Positions 56,767 to 64,000 of a stretch of 64,000 nt of DNA are shown here, piece by piece. This DNA is from a virus. How positions within the stretch are numbered: position 1 is the stretch's first letter; each line of letters begins with the position of its first letter. The DNA is taken from the IMG/VR virus record IMGVR_UViG_3300029922_000003, one strand, 5' to 3'. Below the pieces are notes generated by a model, which saw only the letters and a program-made list of their open reading frames with translations, was not told where the DNA came from and did no database searches. The translations under genes and the position numbers were made by a program.

Positions 56767-56841
56767 TGGTGTGCCCGACAGGACTCGAACCTATAACCAG
56801 CTCTTTAGAAAAAAGCTGCTCTTCCATTGAGCTACGAGCAC
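56767..56841 (-). tRNA. tRNA-Arg(UCU)
   Basis: GTGCTCG/CGGGCAC acceptor stem, encoded CCA, D arm GCTC/GAGC, anticodon stem GCTTT/AGAGC with loop TT-TCT-AA, T loop TTCGAGT. Confidence 0.92.
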
Positions 56842-56853
56842 ACTAAAAACTAA

Positions 56854-57138
56854 TTAAGCGTCGATATCCGGCGCTTCGTTCTGGCCCTTCCACATTGCTG
56901 TGGTTTGGGGTGCAGACTGATCTGAGGCTGGTTGGTGGAGTGGCTCATCGGAGAAAATTCCGATCACCGCCTCAATAACCTTTTCCTCATCCTTGGTCTG
57001 TCCTGCACCACAGACGGCATTGCCAATGGCAGTGACGGTTGTAGCAAGGGCAAGCCCCTCCTTCGCTCCCATCTGGGACTCGATGAATTCTGCCATTTCC
57101 TTGGCGGCATACGCCAAGTCTTCTTTTGATTTAATCAT
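56854..57138 (-). CDS. Hypothetical protein
   Basis: 94 aa with AC-rich leader. Confidence 0.6.
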   Translation of the reverse strand: MIKSKEDLAYAAKEMAEFIESQMGAKEGLALATTVTAIGNAVCGAGQTKDEEKVIEAVIGIFSDEPLHQPASDQSAPQTTAMWKGQNEAPDIDA

Positions 57139-57155
57139 TGTTGGTGTGTTTGTTG

Positions 57156-57425
57156 TTACTTGGACTGAGCTGGAATTTTTCCCAGATCAGCCAATCGTTT
57201 GTTCTCTCGCTCTTCCTCACTAACACTGGCAATAGCCAGCTTTAGCTTGCTTGTGTCCTCTTCCAAGGACTCCCTTGCTAATATCAAATACCTCGTTGAG
57301 TCATTTGGTAAATTCAAGAGGTGTTTTTTGTTCAGCTCGTTGATGCCAGCTAGTGCAGCCTCGAAATTCTTCAAGTGCCTATGCATCCTCTCGAGCCTCG
57401 ACTCTTCTTCTTCTGTTGTTGCCAT
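57156..57425 (-). CDS. Coiled-coil hypothetical protein
   Basis: Start ATG 57425 with AGGAGG RBS. Confidence 0.6.
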   Translation of the reverse strand: MATTEEEESRLERMHRHLKNFEAALAGINELNKKHLLNLPNDSTRYLILARESLEEDTSKLKLAIASVSEEERENKRLADLGKIPAQSK

Positions 57426-57432
57426 TTTCCTC

Positions 57433-57624
57433 CTATAGTGTGAACTTTGATTTACTGTCGTTATCTGGCCCAAGTAGTTCGTCCATTATTCCCTCTTCTT
57501 CGAGGTAACGTATGACGGCCTCCTTGTCCAGCTCGGGTGGGCACTCTACCTCAATGGTATCAGCAAATTCCAATACCGAGACTACGTGCCCACCCTGATA
57601 GATGAAGCGCTTAAGGATCCTCAC
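57433..57624 (-). CDS. Small hypothetical protein
   Basis: 63 aa filling gap. Confidence 0.5.
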   Translation of the reverse strand: MRILKRFIYQGGHVVSVLEFADTIEVECPPELDKEAVIRYLEEEGIMDELLGPDNDSKSKFTL

Positions 57625-57892
57625 CTAGCATTTCTCCTGTAATTGGATTTATGAATACAGACTTAGGCAGTGGTACCCTCAATAGAGAGTAAACCATCGC
57701 CTTGCCTTTGTCGGTGAGATAGAACTTCGTTCCCGTTTTGTCCCCCGCCATAGCAGCGATAAGATCCTGTCCTATTAGCTGATGCGAGGAATGTTTCCAT
57801 GCCACCTTTTGGGACTCTGAGGGTTCTTCATTGGAATAGTATATATGTAGCAAAAGCTCTATATCAGCTGGGCTCCATCTTCTATCTTTCAT
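57611..57892 (-). CDS. Small hypothetical protein, possibly winged-helix
   Basis: LIGQDLI...FYLTDKGKAMV pattern. Confidence 0.55.
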   Translation of the reverse strand: MKDRRWSPADIELLLHIYYSNEEPSESQKVAWKHSSHQLIGQDLIAAMAGDKTGTKFYLTDKGKAMVYSLLRVPLPKSVFINPITGEMLGEDP

Positions 57893-58149
57893 GATCCACC
57901 TCCTTCTGAGTACTCATCCCCCCGGTCGCAGAAGTAGTTGTGAGCAGCCTTTAGGTCTCGGACAGTTTTCTCTGTCTCTGCGATATCCTCCTTGTCCAAC
58001 TTGGTCTTCCCCTTTGCTTTGGATGCATCCTTGATCCACTCCTCAAGGTCTTCAATCTCTGCCTTTAGCAAAGCTGCAGTCATTGCTGTTGTATCGAAGA
58101 AGTCTGCAAACCTCTCTCCAAAACTTTTTCTTCTTTTCTTTCCACTCAT
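57889..58149 (-). CDS. Small hypothetical protein
   Basis: 86 aa with AGGAG RBS. Confidence 0.6.
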   Translation of the reverse strand: MSGKKRRKSFGERFADFFDTTAMTAALLKAEIEDLEEWIKDASKAKGKTKLDKEDIAETEKTVRDLKAAHNYFCDRGDEYSEGGGS

Positions 58150-58167
58150 CGTTTTTCTCCTTTGTTG

Positions 58168-58383
58168 TTATACAACGGCATTTGCCGCGTATTTGGGTTC
58201 TAGTGGTCTGTACTCCTCTGGAGGAGCTATCTCGCCACACTTTTCGCACTTCATCTTTGGAATGACGTGCCTGTGGAAGTGGTGGTCATCATAACCACCG
58301 CCTTCCTGCTCGTAACCGCAGTGACATATGTACACTGCTGTAAAATCACGACGATACTGACTCTTGATGTCTTTTATTTTCAT
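58168..58383 (-). CDS. Small Zn-ribbon protein
   Basis: RRDFTAVYICHCG..CEKCG. Confidence 0.7.
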   Translation of the reverse strand: MKIKDIKSQYRRDFTAVYICHCGYEQEGGGYDDHHFHRHVIPKMKCEKCGEIAPPEEYRPLEPKYAANAVV

Positions 58384-58862
58384 TCTGCTATTTCAAAAGG
58401 GTCTACCCCTTCTATGAATTCCGGTGTGTACCGACAATATGATATTGGAGGGGTACTGATTAAATAAACAGGAGTTATCTTGTCTACTGCATACCCAAAC
58501 AAAAACCCAAGCACTTGCTGGGCCATAGCACAGTTCTTTTCTTCTTTATCTAAATCTGTCGAGAATGGATCAATACGGTAAAAACAGTCTTTGAACAATT
58601 CAAACACCCAGTCATGTTTATAGATAATAATATCCATAAGCCCCATTTCACTATCAGAAAACCAGTTTCCTATTCTAGCCTTTACTGGTACATCTAGACG
58701 GAATGAGAGTATAGTCTTAAGCTGCTGCTTGAAGTACTTAGACTGATACACATGAATTGGGATAATACAGTGTGCCATCGCTTTCGCTCCGCCATCCACA
58801 GACATTATCATTGCATTTTGAATTACTGTGATTATTGAACTAATTTGATCTCGCTGCTGCAT
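58380..58862 (-). CDS. Hypothetical protein
   Basis: 160 aa; LGFLFGY. Confidence 0.6.
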   Translation of the reverse strand: MQQRDQISSIITVIQNAMIMSVDGGAKAMAHCIIPIHVYQSKYFKQQLKTILSFRLDVPVKARIGNWFSDSEMGLMDIIIYKHDWVFELFKDCFYRIDPFSTDLDKEEKNCAMAQQVLGFLFGYAVDKITPVYLISTPPISYCRYTPEFIEGVDPFEIAE

Positions 58863-59172
58863 CTTGTTCTTTTAGTTTCTTTGTATGAAAGGAGCTCGAT
58901 ATGTGCCAGTGTGAACAATGCTCACACATGTACACTCTCAGAGCTGATGTATTTCCTTTCTTTGTTCTTAGTAAGTGATTCTTACTATCATTTGCCCCAC
59001 CTTCCGATGGATACATTGTTTTTCCCGTAGTTGGGCATTTCTTCTTCTTCTCGAACTTAGGTCCGAGAGATTCGATCAGCTCAATGGGGACATCTTTGGG
59101 TGGTAGTCCAATTTCCTTTAGGATCTTGTCTACTACCCCATTTGTTGGGCCGAGGCCCTTGACTCCTTTCAT
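58840..59172 (-). CDS. Small Zn-finger protein
   Basis: CPTTGKTMY..RVYMCEHCSHWHISS. Confidence 0.7.
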   Translation of the reverse strand: MKGVKGLGPTNGVVDKILKEIGLPPKDVPIELIESLGPKFEKKKKCPTTGKTMYPSEGGANDSKNHLLRTKKGNTSALRVYMCEHCSHWHISSSFHTKKLKEQDAAARSN

Positions 59173-59207
59173 AAATTACTCAATTTTAACCAAATTGATT
59201 TTTCTCC

Positions 59208-59252
59208 TGTTGATTGTTAAAAATAACCACAAAGCCCCTCCATGCGGAGGGG
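59208..59252 (-). repeat. 45-bp intergenic hairpin repeat, copy 1 of 2
   Basis: TGTTGATTGTTAAAAATAACCACAAAGCCCCTCCATGCGGAGGGG. Confidence 0.9.
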
Positions 59253-59309
59253 ATGTGATGATTGACTATTACACAAGAATCTATTCTGTGTGCCTACCTT
59301 TAATTTTTA

Positions 59310-60065
59310 TCAGGACTCCTTTTTTACACCACATTCCACGACAAATAGTCCCTCTGATATTAAGAATTGTTTCAGCTGCATAGCAAATAGATAGGCAGTA
59401 TGGGGGGCAAACCTCAAATCAACAGCAAAGCTCTCACGAGATGGAGAATAGATCCTGTAAACCAGCTTCCCCTCCAAAACATTAAGATTAATAGCCAAGT
59501 GCCTCATTACCAGACGCCCCCCGACACCAGCAATAATAAAATCAACCACCCTCGACCAATGCTTGCCAGGCGCTGAAGCTATCCATCGCTCCCCAGTACC
59601 CGAATAAAACTTAATCATAGCAAAAAGCCCTACTTCTTTTTTATATCCACTACGATAAAACCTAAAAGCACGAGTAGTATAAAGATTTTCTGCATAAAAA
59701 CTCTTACGACTTTTTTGTAACTCCTTTAGCTGAATTTTAAAATTTGCAATTCCAGTTGGGGAATTTATGTAAAACTTTTTGTTGTAAAATTGTTTTATAA
59801 AACTAATGCCCTCCCTTAAATATCTTAGTGCAGTACGGTGGGGGAACCCGCAATGCCTATAAACCTCTGAGATAGGAATTGGCGGCATTTCTCCAAGTCC
59901 ATACACCATAGACAAAACCGTGGCTTGATTCTTAGATAACTTACATAAGCACATCTTTAAAAAATCCAGCTCAAGTTTGTCCTCTAGATCTTGCCACGGA
60001 GGTGGACAGTTGTCCGCAACACCATGCGCCTTTTCTATTTGTACCACGGTAAAGTTCATTTTCAT
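59310..60065 (-). CDS. Protein with N-terminal sigma-70 region-4-like HTH
   Basis: LSKNQATVLSMVYGL..PPIPISEVYRHCGFPHRTALRYLREG. Confidence 0.6.
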   Translation of the reverse strand: MKMNFTVVQIEKAHGVADNCPPPWQDLEDKLELDFLKMCLCKLSKNQATVLSMVYGLGEMPPIPISEVYRHCGFPHRTALRYLREGISFIKQFYNKKFYINSPTGIANFKIQLKELQKSRKSFYAENLYTTRAFRFYRSGYKKEVGLFAMIKFYSGTGERWIASAPGKHWSRVVDFIIAGVGGRLVMRHLAINLNVLEGKLVYRIYSPSRESFAVDLRFAPHTAYLFAMQLKQFLISEGLFVVECGVKKES

Positions 60066-60074
60066 TTTCCTTTT

Positions 60075-60119
60075 TGTTGATTGTTAAAAATAACCACAAT
60101 GCCCCTCCATACGGAGGGG
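60075..60119 (-). repeat. 45-bp intergenic hairpin repeat, copy 2 of 2
   Basis: 43/45 identical to copy 1. Confidence 0.9.
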
Positions 60120-60137
60120 CTGTGTGTATTTAGTTAA

Positions 60138-60758
60138 TTACTCCTCCTTGAGACTGACACCCATCTCATTAAGCATCCTTACCAACTGCTTTGGTGTTAA
60201 CCTAGTTGATGCGTAGTGGATGATGACAGACTTGCCATCGATACTGTAGGGAGAGGGATTCCCTGGAGTTGCATTGCGAATGGCCTTTGCCTTTTGGCTT
60301 TCGATCCAAGCTCTTTGGGCAGGGATGTCACGGACCTTATTCCTATCAAATACCTGGCGGCACTGATCGAACGTAAGGTTCTCTGCGTCAATCTGCAGGA
60401 TAGATACTTCATCGTTTTTGCCGACGATTAATACCTCAAGTGGACCACTCAGCAATCGGTCCTGATCACTCTTCGCAATGCGAGTCATGTATGAACAGGC
60501 TGGGTAGTTCACCGTCAATAGGATTGGGTTGAGCTGCTTGCGTCCAATCCTCTCGAGCTGGATGATTACATCCTTACCTCCACCAGACTGTTCAGCAACT
60601 TCCTGTGCGCTCATCCCAAGATTGTCCATCATATGGACACAGACGTTTCCTGCCTCTGCAAGATTTCTAACAGCTTGGGACAGTAATTGCCTAAACTGTG
60701 TGATGGCTTTTTGCCGAGCCTCATCCATTGTTTCTGCTACTTCTACTACTTCATTCAT
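60138..60758 (-). CDS. Hypothetical protein
   Basis: 206 aa ORF. Confidence 0.65.
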   Translation of the reverse strand: MNEVVEVAETMDEARQKAITQFRQLLSQAVRNLAEAGNVCVHMMDNLGMSAQEVAEQSGGGKDVIIQLERIGRKQLNPILLTVNYPACSYMTRIAKSDQDRLLSGPLEVLIVGKNDEVSILQIDAENLTFDQCRQVFDRNKVRDIPAQRAWIESQKAKAIRNATPGNPSPYSIDGKSVIIHYASTRLTPKQLVRMLNEMGVSLKEE

Positions 60759-61254
60759 TTCGGTTGTTTGGTTGTGCCATTTCTGGCGGGTTGTTTTCTG
60801 ACACTAATGCGCTGGACTGAAAGAATACTTTGACGCATAGCTCTGAGTGTTTTTTAGCTCTAGCCTTGGCATTTAAAGCTATTTGATGCTCCCGAGCCCT
60901 CTCAGGGTTTTGGGCTCTCCATTTGATTGAGTGCATTTTTTGCATTTCCCGAAACCTCTCAGGATTTTCAGCCTTAAGCTTGTCGCAGTATCTCCTTCGT
61001 CTCTCTCGACGCTCCTTCCGAAGCTTCTCAGGATTTTCAGCTTTCTTTTTTTTCCACCACCTTCTATATGCCTCCCTTCTCCTCTCTAAGAACTTCTCAG
61101 GATCTCTAGCTTTACTTTTTTCGTAATGTACTCGAGCCATCTGGATCATCTCCCGAAATTTCTCGGGATTTTCAGACTTAAGTTTGTAGTAGCGTTTCCT
61201 GGAGTTCTCACTTTTCCTCTCCTTACGCTCTTCCTCAGTAAAAACTTTTCTCAT
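60751..61254 (-). CDS. Charged ENPEK-repeat protein, tandem paralog 2
   Basis: True start ATG 61254 (MRKVFTEEERK) in ATGA overlap. Confidence 0.7.
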   Translation of the reverse strand: MRKVFTEEERKERKSENSRKRYYKLKSENPEKFREMIQMARVHYEKSKARDPEKFLERRREAYRRWWKKKKAENPEKLRKERRERRRRYCDKLKAENPERFREMQKMHSIKWRAQNPERAREHQIALNAKARAKKHSELCVKVFFQSSALVSENNPPEMAQPNNRNE

Positions 61255-61670
61255 GTTACCTCCGTTGGTTGAATGTTTCCTGACACTAATAGAGATGATT
61301 GGAAGAATACTTTGACACAAAGAGCTGAGTGTTTTTTAGCTCTAGCCTTGGCATTAAAAGCTATTTGATGCTCACGGGACTTCTCAGGGTTTTGGGCTCT
61401 CCATTTGACTGAGTTTATTTTTAGCATTTCCCGAAACCTCTCAGGATTTTCAGCCCTAAGCTTGTCGGAGTATCTCCTTTGGGACTCTCGAGCTTGCTTC
61501 AAAAGCTTCTCAGGGTTTTTAGCCTTAAGCCTGTAGTAGGTCTCTCTCCCTATCTCCCTTCTCCTCTCTAAAAATTTCTCGGGATTTTCAGCCACCCCTT
61601 TGTGGTAGTATCTCCTATAACTCTCTCTTCTCCTCTCCTTACGTTCTTCCTCAGTAAGAACTTTTTTCAT
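61251..61670 (-). CDS. Charged ENPEK-repeat protein, tandem paralog 1
   Basis: MKKVLTEEERK; shares KWRAQNPE..REHQIA.NAKARAKKHS.LCVKVFFQSS. Confidence 0.7.
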   Translation of the reverse strand: MKKVLTEEERKERRRESYRRYYHKGVAENPEKFLERRREIGRETYYRLKAKNPEKLLKQARESQRRYSDKLRAENPERFREMLKINSVKWRAQNPEKSREHQIAFNAKARAKKHSALCVKVFFQSSLLVSGNIQPTEVT

Positions 61671-61714
61671 GTTACCTCCGTTGGTTGAATTTTACGGATG
61701 GATAAAGAATCCAT

Positions 61715-61734
61715 TCCATTACATTATGGCGAAA
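61715..61734 (-). promoter_or_regulatory. Candidate phage promoter motif, copy C
   Basis: TTTCGCCATAATGTAATGGA at the head of the small-gene island. Confidence 0.45.
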
Positions 61735-61806
61735 ACAAGCCCTCTTTTGACCCACCCATAAATGCACACTAGCGCACAGCTAGTATCTAAAGAAAACACT
61801 AAAGGA

Positions 61807-63237
61807 CTATACCTTTAGGAGCGACGCTGCACCAACAGGAGCAGGGATAGCATTGTGCTCAGGGATCTTATTGCCCCTAGGGAATGCAACAACCGACTGG
61901 CTCATCTGGATAGCATTGATGTACTCAGGCTTTCCAGTGCGCTTGTTCATTACTGGGAAGTAGATGTTTCCATCACTTCCTTTTTTAGCTACTGAGGAGT
62001 AGCGCTGATCGACACCAATGTTCTTGGACTCAGAGGATCTAATAGGATCCAGCACCATTGCTTGAGATGGGGACACTGCCCTACTGGACATCGGCACCGC
62101 ATCCATTGAAGTAATAGCTCCCTCACCTGTCTGCACAACTCTCTTCTGGTAGTCGTAGATCTCCATAGGATTAATCCCAGAGATGTGGTTGCTCAAGCTA
62201 TTGCCGACAATTAATCCATCTAGTTGCGGAGTAAAGTATCCAGGACGAATTCCCTTCAATGTCCTATTGTAAGTAGAGCGATGCAGAAGTGTCCTTGCTA
62301 GTTGGCCGGCATCCTTCTTAACCCTTTCTTCAAAGAGATCCTCTGGGCCCATGAAGTTCTTGTTGGCCATGCTATCACGGTCATCCTCCTCCTCAAGCCC
62401 CTTATTGATGTTGAGCAGCTTCTGGCTAGCCCTAAGAATCAACCTAGGACTAAGGTTCTTATCAGCGACGCCAAGCGTCCTTTGAGTAACCTCAGGATCA
62501 ACCTCACCTCTGCCAAGCTCTTCGAGGAGCTCTTTCTTTTTTTGCTTGTCGTCTGCGCCAGGCGTTGCCTTTCGGCCCATGAGTTTATCATAGAATTTGC
62601 CAAATGACTTGTCGTCATCATGGCTCTTATTGGCGTCCAAAAGTTGTGGACCCCAATACTTCATAATCTCCCCATCATCCATACCCATTCCCTTAAGGAC
62701 TGGATATAGCTTAATGCGGCTTTTACCGATCATGACTCTATAAACACCAGTATCTGGCTCCATAAAAAGTCGCATTCCTTGGCCCGTGCCGCTAATTGTA
62801 TTTATGTGACTTTCTATTTCGCCACTGTCTTTGCGCCTAGCGTAGATACCTGGCTTCAGGCGTTGTTGTCCAGCCACAAGGCTGTACTCACTACCCCCGT
62901 TGATAAAAGTCCCCCTGTGGGTCATCCAGGGCACCCTAGAAACCACCCCCTTAAATTCATCAAGCTTCTGACCGGTTAGCTTGTCGTGCAAAGTAATTGT
63001 CCCACTAATGGGTACAGATAGCTTACCTCCTGTTAGGAGTGCTTTCTTTTCGTCGTGCACACCATATGGCTTCTTCTGGTCGTAGTGCAGATCCTTGGCA
63101 CTAATAACAACCTTTTCATTCTCCATGGGGAACTTAGCCTGATAGGCACCAAGAGTCCTGTCCAGAATGTCCTGCCTCAGCCCCTCTGGATCGTCAAACC
63201 CACGGAGGGTAACTCCTTTGGGGGATGGGATGTCCAC
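61807..63237 (-). CDS. RNA polymerase beta N-terminal subunit
   Basis: PWMTHRGTFINGGSEYS..QQRLKPG, RDSMANKNF, INPMEIYDYQKRV..GEGAI, DPIRSSESKNIG (cf. CPIETPEGPNIG). Confidence 0.9.
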   Translation of the reverse strand: MDIPSPKGVTLRGFDDPEGLRQDILDRTLGAYQAKFPMENEKVVISAKDLHYDQKKPYGVHDEKKALLTGGKLSVPISGTITLHDKLTGQKLDEFKGVVSRVPWMTHRGTFINGGSEYSLVAGQQRLKPGIYARRKDSGEIESHINTISGTGQGMRLFMEPDTGVYRVMIGKSRIKLYPVLKGMGMDDGEIMKYWGPQLLDANKSHDDDKSFGKFYDKLMGRKATPGADDKQKKKELLEELGRGEVDPEVTQRTLGVADKNLSPRLILRASQKLLNINKGLEEEDDRDSMANKNFMGPEDLFEERVKKDAGQLARTLLHRSTYNRTLKGIRPGYFTPQLDGLIVGNSLSNHISGINPMEIYDYQKRVVQTGEGAITSMDAVPMSSRAVSPSQAMVLDPIRSSESKNIGVDQRYSSVAKKGSDGNIYFPVMNKRTGKPEYINAIQMSQSVVAFPRGNKIPEHNAIPAPVGAASLLKV

Positions 63238-64000
63238 TATTGTGTATTTGCTCCGAGAGCAAAGCTCTTGAGGATTTGTTCTTTGTGCTTCTCGAGAGCA
63301 GCAAGGGCTTGGGGATCAAGTGCGTCAAGTTGGACATCTCCACCATTAGTCTGCAGAACAGTAGTCTGTGGGCTAATCTCAGTCACATCTCTATCCGAGA
63401 AGATTGGGCGCTTGTGGGGATTTGTTTCAGTTGGGTCTGCTCCCACAGCGGGTTCGGGTTTGTGCCCCTTACCCATAAGAGAGGCGGCGATAGCCCCCTC
63501 AAGGATTCCACCCTCTTCTCCAGCCATCTTTGGTTGATTCGGGTCTGAGAGCTGGTCGGGCTGTTGAGGTGCAGACACAATCTTAACATACTGTGGAGTC
63601 TTCTGCATCTTTTTAGCCTCTTCGTCCTCAATGGCGCGATCAACGTCCTTCTGGCGACTGTAGTAGTATTGATGGGCAGCAACTGCAGCCAGTAGAGCTG
63701 GTACAGTAGAAAGTGAGGCAAACATCGTGCCGGCAGTAGGCTGGCTAACTGCTGTCTTTTTAAGAATGTTGAGAGCAGCTTCCTTGCGAGTAGGCTCAAC
63801 TGGAGCATCCTTAATCTGCTCAGTTACAGCCAAAAGTATTCCATCAAGTGTCGGATATTCAGAAGCCTGCTTGGGAGCGAGTTCCTGACCAAGATACCCA
63901 GCATACTGTTTCTTAACCGAACCAAGCTCATCATCCATCTGCTTCTGTCGGTACTTCTTCAGGATAGAGTCAATAACTGCATATCCAGCACCACCAGCAG
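63237..64000 (-). CDS. K-x-A-containing probable head protein, 5' end beyond window
   Basis: Frame stays open upstream of ATG 63938 to the window edge (AGGAGYAVIDSILKKYRQKQ); KQAS, KEAA, KTAV, KMAG. Confidence 0.7.
   Translation of the reverse strand, partial: AGGAGYAVIDSILKKYRQKQMDDELGSVKKQYAGYLGQELAPKQASEYPTLDGILLAVTEQIKDAPVEPTRKEAALNILKKTAVSQPTAGTMFASLSTVPALLAAVAAHQYYYSRQKDVDRAIEDEEAKKMQKTPQYVKIVSAPQQPDQLSDPNQPKMAGEEGGILEGAIAASLMGKGHKPEPAVGADPTETNPHKRPIFSDRDVTEISPQTTVLQTNGGDVQLDALDPQALAALEKHKEQILKSFALGANTQ

Noticed and set aside
56767-56841. Reading the tRNA as an amber suppressor (CTA in loop)
   Set aside because: Stem pairing places TCT at the anticodon; the CTA register does not pair
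359-63808. Numerous 60-230 aa ORFs nested in or antisense to called genes
   Set aside because: Fully overlapped by motif-supported genes, lacking RBS or recognisable content
1-64000. Stop-codon recoding
   Set aside because: Long conserved genes are intact in code 11 and TAA, TAG and TGA all terminate tightly packed genes

Overview
A 64-kb segment of a large contractile-tailed (myovirus-type) dsDNA phage, coded almost entirely on the minus strand in the standard genetic code. 1-20.4 kb is a baseplate/tail/neck module. It also holds a sigma-70-family gene, a dNMP kinase, a probable -1 frameshifted tail chaperone and a complete IS200/IS605 element (tnpA + tnpB). 20.4-39.5 kb is the head module: major capsid protein, decoration protein, scaffold, probable maturation protease and many probable internal head proteins. 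39.9-63.2 kb holds a bacterial-like multisubunit RNA polymerase split over three genes (beta-N; a beta-C/beta'-N fusion; beta'-C). An about 10-kb island of small genes with repeated intergenic elements and one tRNA-Arg(UCU) interrupts it. Most notable: (1) six unrelated proteins share an MNKYA..YF..L.K.A N-terminal leader, and K-x-A sites are frequent in head proteins, suggesting a capsid-targeting and protease-processing system that may also load the RNAP; (2) a LAGLIDADG intein in the RNAP DFDGD motif starts with Glu and lacks the block-B His; (3) two IS605-family elements both sit in ATGA stop/start overlaps (TCAT target) and their right ends rebuild the stop codon, leaving host proteins unchanged; (4) a small coupled ORF ends in a PEP-CTERM-like sorting signal. 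No portal, terminase or RNAP alpha gene was recognised. All assignments are by eye from motifs and synteny; no database searches were run.
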